Positions 35,476 to 63,784 of a DNA stretch of 64,000 nt are shown in pieces (position 1 is the first letter of the stretch; every line of letters begins with the position of its first letter). Source of the DNA: Macrostomum lignano (Eukaryota); contig NIVC01001164.1 in the NCBI GenBank assembly GCA_002269645.1, forward strand, positions 283,279 to 347,278, given 5' to 3'. The position numbers and the translations under genes were made by a program. The notes under the pieces were generated by a model. That model was not told the DNA's origin. It worked only from the letters and a program-made list of their open reading frames with translations, and did no database searches.

Positions 35476-35817
35476 TTAATGCTTTTTAATTAGACACAGG
35501 ACATGTACAATTGTACAGCACAATCAAATGATGAAAACTGGGTCTGCCACCTATCGAAAGTACATAATAAAAATGTTTGTGCTGAAAAATGAAAACTGTA
35601 TTTTTCGAAAAAGCTGCTCCAGGGACAACTAAAACCCTCGGGACGCGAAACGAGCCAATTCATGGCAAAAAATCTGAGGGGCTCGCTTAAAAGCACCGTT
35701 CTATGGCTTTTTCAAGTCTTCTCTGCTATCAAGCAAATTAAAATTGCTTTAGTTGCGGCCAGCAGTGAAGCTAAGCTGAACTAAATCAAGAGAAGCATTT
35801 TTTATTCACTTGATGAA

Positions 35818-37125
35818 ATGCCAAGAAAGTGCAGCGTATTTCCGTGCTCGTCAAATTACAACTCTGAAGCCGTTCGAACACGGACATTTGCGTTTCCCAG
35901 AGATCCACAGGAGCGAGAGCGATGGAGAAAGGCGCTGCCAAATATTTTCCAGGTAAGAAACCAGATCATTTGCTGTCATTACTGCTGCATAATTCCGCTT
36001 CAATTCTGCATGCCAGTCTCGTCCAAACAACTTGAAACCCAAAATTTATTATTTTAGAGAGTGACTGACAATATGGGCGTGTGCGTAAAGCATTGGCCAA
36101 GCGATGCTCCAATGGTCAAGAAAAACTCTACCGAAAGGCCAATTAATCCTCCTTCTGTTTTTAATGGAGTTCCTAGCTCGTGTTTTGTTCAGAACCAAGG
36201 TACGTAACTTAAAGATTGCTCAACACTTAGCGTCTATATCGATTTTGCCGCTCACAATTATCTTACTTTTATTTTTACTCTTATTTTAGACCAGGACCGA
36301 CAGGCCGAAAAGCGCGGTGTTCTTTCTGACGCGAGGTGCAGCGACATCGATGAGATGGACGCTTTTCAGCTGCTTGATTTTTTGCCGGCATGGGAAAGTT
36401 TTCGAGCTGAGGTGAAAAATTCGGATGTCGTATCTCGACATGCACTGAACACAGCTATTCTGAACGAAGACGTTTACTTGTTTACGTTAGATAAAGATGG
36501 AGACCTGTCTGTTCGAATTTCTGTCTCACCCAACTTTCTGATTCGTGCATTCAAACTGCATACACCGATTTCGGTTCGAGACTTGTTGGGATTTCAACCG
36601 ACACTCAAGCGCTGGTCGCAACTGGATGCTGTTGTCGTGCGGTGCAAAAATTCCGACGCCAATCCCCAACGTGAGGTCGAAGCGTTTGTTAGTAGAATCA
36701 GTGATGATATAGATTCTGACTCTGATTTGGATCCGTCGCTTCAGTTTTTGATTCGACAACTTAGCCTTACATTAGTAAATCAGAACAATCGCCGCTATGA
36801 CATTTCACTAGTGCGACAGTCAGCATTGCTCTACTTGATCAGTAGTTCGGCTTAATCTTACCTACGGAAGCTATTGCCATTGCCTCATCCCGAACGCTGC
36901 AGCTGCAACTAGCAGGTACAGGAGAAGTTGGCACAGAAACCGACGCAGCCGATGTGATCCAGTCAGTTTTTGCCAGTCTATCAGGAGCTCAGCGAAACTG
37001 CGTAATTATGTTTGACGAAATGTACATACAACCGTCCGTTCGATATCGATGCCGTCACCTTCTGGGTCGAGCCGTCGACGATCCGGACCAGGTTCCTTTA
37101 TGTACGAGCTACTGACTGTTTGTGT
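35818..37125 (+). pseudogene. Intron-containing THAP-domain P-type transposase, truncated
   Basis: Exons 35818-35952, 36058-36199 and 36290 onward (phases 0 and 1) build the C2CH THAP motif (MPRKCSVFPC..FAFPRD..W..CVKHW..PPSVF). Then SSA*SYLRKLLPLPHP (stop at 36853-55) and, after a frameshift, CVIMFDEMYIQ (37002-37031), the first catalytic-Asp block of P transposases. Confidence 0.85.
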
Positions 37126-37159
37126 CGTCTTGTCCTTGGAGTTCCGTATTTGCTTCTAT

Positions 37160-37423
37160 CTCCTTGCCGTTGGAGTTTCATCTTCGCTTTCATCCTTTAT
37201 CTTCTTGCCGTTGGAGTTTCATCTTCGCTTTCATCCTTTATCTTCTTGCCGTTGGAGTTTCATCTTCGCTTTCATCCTTTATCTTCTTGCCGTTGGAGTT
37301 TCATCTTCGCTTTCATCCTTTATCTTCTTGCCGTTGGAGTTTCATCTTCGCTTTCATCCTTTATCTTCTTGCCGTTGGAGTTTCATCTTCGCTTTCATCC
37401 TTTATCTTCTTGCCGTTGGAGTT
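37160..37423. repeat. 41-bp tandem repeat inside the P-like element
   Basis: 41-bp offsets, about 6.5 copies. Confidence 0.93.
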
Positions 37424-38618
37424 TTTTTGTTGATATGGCGGTTACTTTATTGTAGATACATTGTAATTATATCACTGGTTCCTATTCTTTAAATTAAATA
37501 CTCGACATTTCCTCGCTTTACTATTTAATCTAACCGTTAATGCCTGATAGCAGAGAAGACTTGAAAAAGCCATAGAACAATACTTTTAAGCGAGCCCCTC
37601 AGATTTTTTGCCATGAATTGGCTCGTTTCGCGTCCCGAGGGTTTTAGTTGTCCCTGAGCTGCTCCTAAAATTTTCCAAGAAACGCAGTTTCCCGTCCTAC
37701 TTGAGTAGTCCTTGATCGATAGTCTATGGCATAAACCCCATTCAGCGCTACGCGTTCTGTATAGAGCATACTGAATGCACTGGCGATGCGACAAATATGA
37801 CGTTTCTTACAAGTTTAGACCGGCTTCGGGCAAAATTTGCACGACCTTGGCTGCCTTCTGCTTCACACCTGCCCCTAAAAGCAGTCTGATCAAAATTTCA
37901 ACCGATCGATAATGAGCCCCTGCAGACCAATCGAATTCTCTATCATTTTATTTGAGCTGCACTAATCTCGGCTCGTATTAGCCTGGCACTCCCCTACTCA
38001 TCCGTCTTCTGGCTGCTGCTGGTGTGAGAAGCCACCGAAAGCAAGTTGAGAGGCGAAAAAAAATAGAGAGAAAAACGATGGAGGGTAGACAGAGAGTGAT
38101 GAAGGATAGCAGAAGCTGAGAGGGTTGGACAGGAAAGTGCAAGAAAGAGTGCAGGCTCGCGCCGTATTGAGTCGGGCCTGATGCTGACCTCACGGCGCAA
38201 GATGAAGCGGTGCGCTGGGAGCAGATTCTGGCTGGCAAAAGGCTCACAGCTTGAAGACTTGAAACTCAGCAGGTCCCCAGGCCGGGCGCTGCAAATCCAG
38301 CTGGCTGTACAGGTTGGTCGAGTGTGGAAATCAATTTCCCAGTGTCCCGGAGAGCCCCATCCAGCAGAACGCCCCGCCCAGCTGAACTATAACTGGTTTA
38401 GAAAAAAAAGAGATTTGGCAAGAAAGAAGACTTTCTTGCTAAATTTAAGCGGTGGGCGCTTAAATTCACGCATAAATGGTAGCGACAAAATTCACAGCGA
38501 CGGGCTGCTTATTAATATTTAATCAGGCCTTGTGCGGCCGTCCGCTTGCTCAAAGTGTTTCGCTCGGGCAATCGCTGAGCAGCAACTCGCTGAGCAGTAC
38601 GAAGGATGAATAATTCTG

Positions 38619-39650
38619 TGCTCCAAACAAAGTGCTCCAACCAACACACTCCAAGCAGTGCTCCAACCAACAGACACTCCAAGCAGTGCTCCAACCAACA
38701 GACACTCCAAGCAGTGCTCCAACCAACAGACACTCCAAGCAGTACTCCAAACAACAGACACTCCAAGCAGTGCTCCAACCAACAGACACTCCAAGCAGTG
38801 CTCCAACCAACAGACACTCCAAGCAGTGCTCCAACCAACAGACACTCCAAGCAGTGCTCCAACCAACACACACTCCAAGCAGTGCTCCAACCAACACACA
38901 CTCCAAGCAGTGCTCCAACCAACACACACTCCAAGCAGTGCTCCAACCAACACACACTCCAAGCAGTGCTCCAACCAACAGACACTCCAAGCAGTGCTCC
39001 AAACAACAGACACTCCAAGCAGTGCTCCAAACAACACACACTCCAAGCAGTGCTCCAAACAACACACACTCCAAGCAGTGCTCCAACCAACACACTCCAA
39101 GCAGTGCTCCAAACAACACACACTCCTAGCAGTGTTCCAAACAACAGATACTCCAAGCAGTGCTCCAAACAACACACACTCTTAGCAGTGCTCCAACCAG
39201 CACACTTCAAGCAGTGCTCCAAACAACACACTCCAAGCAGTGCTCCAACCAACACACTCCAAGCAGTGCTCCAAACAACACACACTCCTAGCAGTGTTCC
39301 AACCAACACACTCCAAGCAGTGCTCCAAACAACACACACTCCAAGCAGTGCTCCAAACAACACACACTCCAAGCAGTGCTCCAAACAACACACACTCCTA
39401 GCAGTGTTCCAAACAACAGATACTCCAAGCAGTGCTCCAACCAGCACACTCCAAGCAGTGCTCCAACCAGCACACTCCAAGCAGTGCTCCAACCAGCACA
39501 CTCCAAGCAGTGCTCCAACCAGCACACTCCAAGCAGTGCTCCAACCAGCACACTCCAAGCAGTGCTCCAACCAGCACACTCCAAGCAGTGCTCCAACCAG
39601 CACACTCCAAGCAGTGCTCCAAAAACAACACACACTCCAAGCAGTGCTCC
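38619..39650. repeat. Minisatellite, 26-28 bp (CTCCAAGCAGTGCTCCAACCAACACACA)
   Basis: Tandem copies. Confidence 0.95.
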
Positions 39651-40234
39651 AATCTTCAATTCCAATATTTTTTCAATCCTTAATCTGTACAAATTGCAAG
39701 CAGGTCTAGCAGAACATAAAAAATGCAGGTCTGATGCAGTGCTAACCTCGCTTGGATGCGTACCACAGCAGAGAACCAATGGGGTGAGGCCCAGCACCAA
39801 CGCCTAAACGCCTCACGCCGACAGCAGCCAACCCGCAACCAGAGAAGCCTCATCAACATTGCACTTTTCCTTCCCTAAGTATTCCCCACTCACTCGCTCG
39901 CCCTTTTTCTATTTCTTCCCCCCTTCCCAATCGGCGTCCTCATTCAGGTTTTGTTAACTTTCGCTAGTATAGAAGTCGCTCGCCCGCCCTCCCTCACCCC
40001 TGCTCAGCTCCGGGCACTAGGCAGCATTGGGGCAAATGTTGTAGCCAAGGCTCTGCATATAAATATCATCATCATTCATTATATCGAGGTGCACTAGACG
40101 TCCAGTCTGAGAACCTTTTTTTTGCTAGCCAAGCTAAGTTTAACTTTTCCAATGCTGCTACAAACTGCAATTTGTTCTGATCAATACAGATTTTGATTGT
40201 TTAGAGTTCACTGACAGGCCAAGCTATCAATAGC

Positions 40235-40348
40235 ATGCTTTGCTGCTGTCGCTGCTTTGGCGGCAGCGGCGGCGAGGCCACCAGGATGCCCAGCAGGACT
40301 TTGCCTACTGCGGTGGCCACCATCCCAGTTAATGGCGGTGGCCTATCG
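40235..40348 (+). CDS. Candidate upstream first coding exon (MLCCCRCFGG...), possibly of a tensin isoform
   Basis: ATG, 38 GC-rich codons, strong phase-0 donor TCG|gtgagt. The link to tensin is inference only. Confidence 0.35.
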
Positions 40349-40519
40349 GTGAGTGTTGCCATGGAACCTATCGGTAGCCAGGAGATTGGGAAACTATTTT
40401 TTACAACTGGTAAAGGTCAATCTTGGCAAACTGACATTAACCAAATTATTTCGAGTTGTAATTTTTCTAAGCCACGCAAAAAGCATTCTTGGAAACTATT
40501 GCAAAGTTCACACTATCTA

Positions 40520-41360
40520 AACTAGACTGGATTTGCTGTCTCTCTGTTCCCGTCTAAACTAGATTGGATTTGCTGTTTCTCTGTTCCTGTCTGCTATCCG
40601 TCCTTTCCCTGTGTGTGTCTCAGTTCCTGTCTGCTATCCCTCCTTTCCCTGTGTGTCTCTCTGTTCCTGTCTGCTATCCCTCCTTTCCCTGTGTGTGTCT
40701 CTGTTCCTGTCTGCTATCCCTCCTTTCCCTGTGTGTGTCTCTGTTCCTGTCTGCTATCCATCCTTTCCCTGTGTGTCTCTGTTCCTGTCTGCTATCCATC
40801 CTTTCCCTGTGTGTCTCTTGGTTCCTGTCTGCTATCCCTCCTTTCCCTGTGTGTCTCTCTGTTCCTGTCTGCTATCCCTCCTTTCCCTGTGTGTCTCTTG
40901 GTTCCTGTCTGCTATCCATCCTTTCCCTGTGTGTGTCTCTGTTCCTGTCTGCTATCCATCCTTTCCCTGTGTGTCTCTTGGTTCCTGTCTGCTATCCCTC
41001 CTTTCCCTGTGTGTCTCTCTGTTCCTGTCTGCTATCCCTCCTTTCCCTGTGTGTCTCTTGGTTCCTGTCTGCTATCCATCCTTTCCCTGTGTGTCTCTTG
41101 GTTCCTGTCTGCTATCCCTCCTTTCCCTGTGTGTCTCTTGGTTCCTGTCTGCTATCCCTCCTTTCCCTGTGTGTCTCTCTGTTCCTGTCTGCTATCCCTC
41201 CTTTCCCTGTGTGTCTCTTGGTTCCTGTCTGCTATCCATCCTTTCCCTGTGTGTCTCTTGGTTCCTGTCTGCTATCCCTCCTTTCCCTGTGTGTCTCTTG
41301 GTTCCTGTCTGCTATCCCTCCTTTCCCTGTGTGTCTCTTGGTTCCTGTCTGCTATCTGTT
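40520..41360. repeat. Minisatellite, about 40 bp (CTGTCTGCTATCCCTCCTTTCCCTGTGTGTCTCTTGGTTC)
   Basis: Tandem copies. Confidence 0.95.
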
Positions 41361-41737
41361 TCCTCTCACATATCAGCGAGTCAACAACGATTATTTAGGT
41401 CAGCAGGACTGCAAGTTCCTAAATTGTCCCAGCTGAAAGCAGAAAAATCCAGACGCAGTCTGAATACTTTTTTCCATTAGGGGAGCCCAGATCATACGGC
41501 TGTCGCACAGTTCTCTCCCTTTTCTACTTTTTTGCTTCGTAACGAAAGTAGCAGCCATAGGTGTGCAATATGAGTTGCAGTCCCGTGAGCTGCAGTTTAA
41601 ATGCATTTCTATAGCTGCATTTTTTATCAAACTGCTCAGCTGCCGAGCCCGGTATGTTGAAATGGGATTGAAGCTCTTCCGCACTTGGCTGGTGCACTAA
41701 TGAGTGTAGGTATGCCTGCTGGGCCTCTGCCTAGCTA

Positions 41738-42435
<698 letters not shown>

Positions 42436-42824
42436 GCTATCTATCTCGGCAGGATTAGGATCAGTGCTAGTAAATCCAGTGCTATCTGAAGTGCGCTAAC
42501 ATACTTATCGAATTCTGGGGCACACTTTTTCCATCTATCTGTTCCTTACTGGACTCAGTGACCGTGATGGAGAGCCAGCTTTTGTATATCCTCATATCGC
42601 GAGACGGGCAGCTGACCAAACTCATTCATCGGTACCTCTGTGACAGTATTGGACAAAGAGATCTTGACAGATCTTCAGCCTTCCTTCGCCACTGACTGAT
42701 TGGTGCAACTGGCAGTCCAGTAAACGAAATATAAAATGCTCCAATAAAAAACTAAATATATTAATAATATTTATAATTGTAAGCATTGTAAACGATGCTA
42801 TCAATGGGACGCAGGGACACGGAG

Positions 42825-43520
42825 TCACTAGAACTGTTAACAATGTCACACACAGAGTCACTAGAACTGTTCACGCTTGTCACACAGAGTCACTAGAACT
42901 GTTCACGCTTGTCACACAGAGTCACTAGAACTGTTCACGCTTGTCACACACAGAGTCACTAGAACTGTTCACGCTTGTCATTCACAGAGTCACTAGAACT
43001 GTTCACGCTTGTCACTCACAGAGTCACTAGAACTGTTCACAATGTCACACACACAGTCACTAGAACTGTTCACGCTTGTCACACACAGAGTCACTAGAAC
43101 TGTTCACGCTTGTCACACACATAGTCACTAGAACTGTTCACAATGTCACACACAGAGTCACTAGAACTGTTCACGCTTGTCACACACAGAGTCACTAGAA
43201 CTGTTCACAATGTCACATAGTCACTAGAACTGTTCACAATGTCACACACATAGTCACTAGAACTGTTCACAATGTCACACACACAGTCACTAGAACTGTT
43301 CACAATGTCACACACAGAGTCACTAGAACTGTTCACGCTTGTCACTCACAGAGTCACTAGAACTGTTCACGCTTGTCACTCTCAGAGTCACTAGAACTGT
43401 TCACGCTTGTCACTCACAGAGTCACTAGAACTGTTCACAATGTCACATAGTCACTAGAACTGTCCATAATGTCAAGGCATCAGTAGAATTGTTCACAATG
43501 TCACACACATCAGTAGAACT
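42825..43520. repeat. Minisatellite, about 33 bp (GTCACTAGAACTGTTCACGCTTGTCACACACAGA)
   Basis: Tandem copies. Confidence 0.93.
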
Positions 43521-43889
43521 GCCTGCAATGTCACGCACTATTGAGTTTTCCCGTCTCCACTATCACAGTGAAGCAAAAATGATTATTATAAATTTCAATA
43601 TCTTCAGCAGCTTTAAAATTGAACTCAACAGAATTAGCTGGGCAAGTCTAACGAAGCAGGAGCAATTGAGTCACTTTTTATTACTACAGTAGATCGTCGG
43701 AGTGGCCGACTCTCAGAGTTGATGGATCTGACGGATTCGCCCCTGGGATGGTGCACTGGGAATTGTGCAGTCACGGTGTGTGCCAACCAACTGTGTTTTT
43801 AGTTTGGATTTTTAGTAAGAAAAACCATGGAAGAAATAAAGTGGGGAGTAGAGAATAAAATTATTATGTGGTTGCAGTAAGAAGGAGAA

Positions 43890-44245
43890 GATGAGAGGGA
43901 GAGGGAGGTGTATGGGGAGAGGGAAGGTGAGAGGGAGATGTTTGGGGATAGGGAGGTGTATGGGGAGAGGGAGACGTATGGGGAGAGGGAGGTGTATGGG
44001 GAGAGGGAGATGTATGGGAGAGGGAGGTGTATGGGGAGAGGGAGGTGTATGGGGAGAGGGAGGTGTATGGGGAGAAGGAGATGTATGGGAGAGGGAGGTG
44101 TATGGGAGAGGGAGGGTGAGAGGGAGGTGTATGGGGAGAGGGAGGGTGAGAGGGAGGTGTATGGGGAGAGGGAGGGTGAGAGGGAGGTGTATGGGGAGAG
44201 GGAGGGTGAGAGGGAGGTGTATGGGGAGAGGGAGGGTGAGGGGAG
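43890..44245. repeat. G-rich minisatellite, 18-26 bp (GGGGAGAGGGAGGTGTAT)
   Basis: Tandem copies; G-run rich. Confidence 0.9.
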
Positions 44246-45124
44246 AGGCAAAGACACGGAGCTGGAGGTGATTGTATTGAGGGCAAAAAGAAGATGAGGA
44301 GAAGCAGAGGGCGATGAGATAGAGGGAGAGGATATGCAAGAGCTGTATCGGAGACAGAGTCAGTAGGTATCGCATTAGCCAAATTGGATGCAGACATAGC
44401 CCACATAATCATAGTACATGTACGCAAGAAACTCTACAGCTATATGTGCACCAGTAATCGGGCAGGAGTCAGCCGGACACACAATCTACTCGCGTTTGAG
44501 AAGTCTCTCCGACTGGCCCCGAGGCTGCTCGCATCCGTCCTCCCCGGTCCCCTTACACACCGCTTCAGGACGGGTGGCCGTCAGCGCTCTTCTTTCGTTT
44601 CTTGCGATCCGAGAGAGACTAAGGGGGCGGGCGGTGGGGTCAGCGTCCTTGACTGGAGCTACTGGGGCCACTAATGAGACGATGGAGCGGCCGCCGCCTC
44701 CTTCCCCCCAGTCTCCATGTGACCTCCCCTCCAGAGCACATTTCCTCTTTTTTTCGGCCGTCGCACGCTTCATCCTTTGGACAGAGTCTGCCTCTCTCTA
44801 TTCTCAAAGCTTGGAGATCCGTTCCAGCCAGTGTGGAAGCGGCCACTAAGCCGCATGGATTCTCCCTTTTTACTCCTCGCCTTCAAATCCCCGTTTTTTG
44901 TTGAGTAGCTGAGCAGAAATCTCTGCACGCCGACCGGGATTCGAGGCGTGAGGCTCTGTAAAAGCATGGAGTTCTTTTGAGAGGGGATTAGGGCACAAGC
45001 TGGGGAAGCTGGGGTTGCTTTAGGGAAGGAATGGGAGCTTTTTATTAATCCTACAATGGGCCGAACTGAGTGGCTGGCTCGATCTCTACTTGACTGCGTC
45101 ACTTGAAAGACTTGCTCTACATGT

Positions 45125-46070
45125 AGGCCTGGGTGCTGATTCTGGGAGGTCTGAGTGCTGATTCTGTGAGGTCTGGGTGCTGATTCTGTGAGGTCTGGGT
45201 GCTGAGGTCTGAGTGCTGATTCTATGAGGTCTGAGTGCTGATTCTGTGAGGTCTGGGTGCTGATTCTGTAAGGTCTGAGTGATGATTCTGAGGTCTGAGT
45301 GTTGATTCTGTGAGGTCTGAGTGTTGATTCTGTGCGGTCGGAGTGCTGATTCTGTGAGGTCTGAGTACTGATTCTGTGAGGTCTGGGTGCTGATTCTGGG
45401 AGGTCTGAGTGCTGATTCTGTGAGGTCTGGGTGCTGAGGTCTGAGTGCTGATTCTATGAGGTCTGAGTGCTGATTCTGTGAGGTCTGGGTGCTGATTCTG
45501 TTAGGTCTGAGTGCTGATTCTGTGAGATCTGAGTGCTGATTCTATGAGGTCTGAGTGCTGATTCTATGGGGTCTGAGTGCTGATTCTGTTAGGTCTAAGT
45601 GCTGATTCTGTTAGGTCTAAGTGCTGATTCTGTGAGATCTGAGTGCTGATTCTGTGAGGTCTGAGTGCTGATTCTATGAGGTCTGAGTGCTGATTCTGTG
45701 AGGTCTGAGTGCTGAATCTGTGACGTCTGGGTGCTGAGGTCTGGGTGCTGATTCTGTGAGGTCTGAGTGTTGATTCTGTGAGGTCTGAGTGTTGATTCTG
45801 TGCGGTCGGAGTGCTGATTCTGTAAGGTCTGAGTGCTGATTCTGTGAGGTCTGGGTGCTGATTCTGTTAGGTCTGAGTGCTGATTCTGTGAGATCTGAGT
45901 GCTGATTCTATGAGGTCTGAGTGCTGATTCTATGAGGTCTGAGTGCTGATTCTGTGAGATCTGAGTGCTGATTCTATGAGGTCTGAGTGCTGATTCTATG
46001 AGGTCTGAGTGCTGATTCTGTGAGATCTGAGTGCTGATTCTGTGAGGTCTGAGTGCTGATTCTGTGAGGT
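45125..46070. repeat. Minisatellite, 22 bp (GTGCTGATTCTGTGAGGTCTGA)
   Basis: Tandem copies. Confidence 0.95.
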
Positions 46071-46714
46071 GTGAGTGACCTTTCGCACTGCTACCCCTTC
46101 GCTTCCCAACCCTGTGTTCTCAGCAGCTGAGCAGAGTAAAGCACGAGTCCATCTATCAATCACGATTGCTAAGAATCTCTGCTCTCTGCAATCTTTAAGC
46201 AAGCTGTTTCTGTAATAACAATTAATTAATAAGCAATATTGGTTAAACTCAGCTTGGAGTGTTGGCAGTTCGGGGCCTTACAAATCTCTTTGCTGAACTA
46301 ACAGAAGATTTCTCAAAGCGGGGTGCTCATCGCCTCTGATTTCCTCTCTCTTGGCTCCTGCTCGCTTTCTGTCTCCGCGGCCTCATCGCATGCTCGAGAA
46401 AGTGCATCCCCGATCCCCGAACAGCTGCCTTGGGGTGTCGCGGAAGGGGTTTCTGAGGCCTAGGGGCTCCGCAGCAAACAGAGGGATTTACCTATGCCTA
46501 AGTCCTAGCTTGAAGAAGACTGTTGATTGGGCCTGCGACTGTCTCAGTTTTAGGTTAGAAGAAAACGTTTTTTTCAATTACTTGCTCTGTCGTTGTGCCT
46601 ACTGACAAAAGTAGTATTAGTTGAATTCAGTCCATACTTTTAGCGAACGGAATGATTTTCTTAACGTTTTTTCGTTGTTCCAAAATTTTTGCTGTACCAT
46701 TAGAAAAAATATAG

Positions 46715-47340
46715 TTAACAGCTTGTCAAACAGCCTATCTAACAACCCAACTAATAGCCTAGCTAACAGCCTATATAACAACCTAGCTAACAGCCTATCT
46801 AACAGCCTATCTAACAACCCAACTAATAGCCTAGCTAACAGCCTAGCTAACAGCCTAGCTAACAGCCTAGCTAACAGCCTAGCTAACAGCCTAGCTAACA
46901 GCCTAGCTAACAGCCTAGCTAACAGCCTAGCTAACAGCCTAGCTAACAGCCTAGCTAACAGCCTAGCTAACAGCCTAGCTAACAGCCTAGCTAACAGCCT
47001 AGCTAACAGCCTAGCTAACAGCCTAGCTAACAGCCTAGCTAACAGCCTAGCTAACAGCCTAGCTAACAGCCTAGCTAACAGCCTAGCTAACAGCCTAGCT
47101 AACAGCCCAGCTAACAGCCTAGCTAACAGCCTAGCTAACAGCCTAGCTAACAGCCTAGCTAACAGCCTAGCTAACAGCCTAGCTAACAGCCTAGCTAACA
47201 GCCTAGCTAACAGCCTAGCTAACAGCCTAGCTAACAGCCCAGCTAACAGCCTAGCTAACAGCCTAGCTAACAGCCTAGCTAACAGCCTAGCTAACAGCCT
47301 AGATAACAGCCTAGCTAACAGCCTAGCTAACAGCCTAGCC
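46715..47340. repeat. 12-bp repeat (CTAACAGCCTAG)
   Basis: Nearly perfect array; source of the poly-SLAN ORF. Confidence 0.97.
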
Positions 47341-47709
47341 TACAGTTGTCTATTATCACTAAACAAGCCGCTTCGCGTCAGCAATCCTAGCCTATACATG
47401 TACATGCATAGCAAACCAAACCTTTCGCATTCATTTGGACTGCCCACCGGAGACATAGCGATCGCTAAGCAGGGGACCAAATTGCAAACTAGACTGGCCC
47501 CAGGTCCCTCGAGACGGGAGTTTGAGCTCCGTTCCGCTTGGGGGACAAAGAAATTCGAGCTTGCGTGGCTCTCCTGTTAGTTGGCTTCGAGCTCAAATTG
47601 CTGGCGTCCGTATGCAGATCGGTTTTCCCTCCAAGATCCCTGGCCAATGAATTCTAGTTTTTAGTAAGCATACAAAAATCAGAATTAACATAATAATTGA
47701 TAGTTTTGG

Positions 47710-47960
47710 AGGCAGAGAAAATCAGGGGTAAACGTGTCTGACTCTCTTGCGTCAGGACCCCAGGTTCGATTCCTTGTGCGGCCACATTCATTCGGGGCTT
47801 GTCGTGCGATTCACCCCAATGAGGTCCAGCCCCCAAAGCCCAGAGAGTGTACATGCCTGATGATTGGACAGTCAGGACCGCTGTACACCCTGTGTGAGCG
47901 TTGGTATGAGTGCGTGCCTGAGCACAGCATTGGCAAAATGGGCAGAATTGCCTCAGCGCT
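47710..47960 (+). mobile_element. tRNA-derived SINE, near full-length copy
   Basis: B-box GGTTCGATTCC at 47763-47773. Body GTCGTGCGATTCACCCC..GTGTACATGCCTGA..GCTGTACACCCTGTGTGAG is shared with other copies in the window. Confidence 0.7.
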
Positions 47961-48757
47961 GGTGTATCATCAATCTGGTTCTTATCCGTAATGTTTAACC
48001 TCCCTTGAACTGCCAACAGTCGCTGGGGGATCCTATTTCAGTCCCTGTTCAACGTTCTCCAGAAGCAAGAACAGCAGAGCCGAAGCTGGTGACAGCAACA
48101 TTGTCACGCATCATTGGCCCGTGAAAATGCGCGCACTGAGTGCTATTGGGCAACTGCTGCTGCACGCACAGAGGGAGTTAGGAGGGGCTGCTGGGAAGCC
48201 GGAGTGCAGTACGGGAGAAGCGGACAGACTGGGGCGGGGCAGAGGGTGAGGCACCGGGGAAGTGCACTGCACTTGGGGGCCCTATCGATCTGAGCTCCCC
48301 TGGCCGTCTCGCCTAACCCTCATCTTCCTCATCCATCCATGCTCGCCCATCCCACTGAGGCCTGTCTCTCTCTCCCCTCTCTCTTCTCCCCATCTCCCTC
48401 TCGCTCGTGTCCTTCTACCCCTGCCCCGTTCACGTCCCATTTGGCGGCGCCCATCTCCACCAGCTTCCCTCAGCCTCCGCCCTCTCCCCCTGCCCTTGCA
48501 AAATGCGAGCTTCTTGAAAAACGGAGTTTTTTTGGCCAAAAAGTTTTCTTCTTGAGAAATGCTCGCTCAGAGAACACGAGACCATCAGAAGCAGAGGAGC
48601 GGCAGCTTTTGAATGAGTCCGGCTAGACAGCTAGACGGGTCTTCCGGCTGGCTGGCCGGTCTCGCCTCGTTGATTGATTGACTGATTCTTCTTCTTCTTC
48701 TTCTTCCCTTTTGTCGCCGTGTGGCATGGGCATGGGATTGACTGATTGACGCGCCCG

Positions 48758-63349
<14,592 letters not shown>

Positions 63350-63494
63350 GTGAGTCGGCTTGCTGCTGCCGTGACTGACTGACACAAGACAGACAAAGAC
63401 ACTTAGACAGGCGCTGAGACACTGAGACAATGAGACACAAGGAAACAAGACATAAAGACAAAGACACGAAGGCGCTAAGATACATAGGTCATTA

Positions 63495-63700
63495 GTACAG
63501 TAGCTCAGTGATAAACGCGTCTGAGTCTTGCGTCATAACCCCGATTGATTCCGTGCTAGGCCGCATTTATCTGTCGTGCGATTCACCCCATGAGGGCCAA
63601 CCCCCAAGGCGCTACGATTGTACATGCCTGACGATTGGACAGTCAGCGGCCGCTGCACACCCTGTGCGAGAGTGTGTATGAGTGCGCGCCTTGGTGCGCT
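63495..63700 (+). mobile_element. tRNA-derived SINE, same family
   Basis: A-box-like TAGCTCAGTGA at 63501-63511 and the same body as the 47710 copy. Confidence 0.7.
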
Positions 63701-63784
63701 ATAGTATTGGTGCGCTTGTGTGTGGGACGAGTTTGTGTCAGGGTGCCCGCAGCTTCCCTGAATGTTTACTTAGGTTTGAAAACA

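Larger units (their letters stand above)
35620..37656 (+). mobile_element. P-element-superfamily (THAP9/Galileo-like) DNA transposon, internally deleted
   Basis: 116-bp TIRs at 35620-35735 and 37541-37656 beginning CAGGGACAAC (4 mismatches). 8-bp TSD AGCTGCTC at 35612-35619 and 37657-37664. Confidence 0.9.

Noticed and set aside
47730-47790. tRNA gene (B-box GGTTCGATTCC)
   Set aside because: No cloverleaf could be formed, and the sequence continues into the SINE body shared with other copies.
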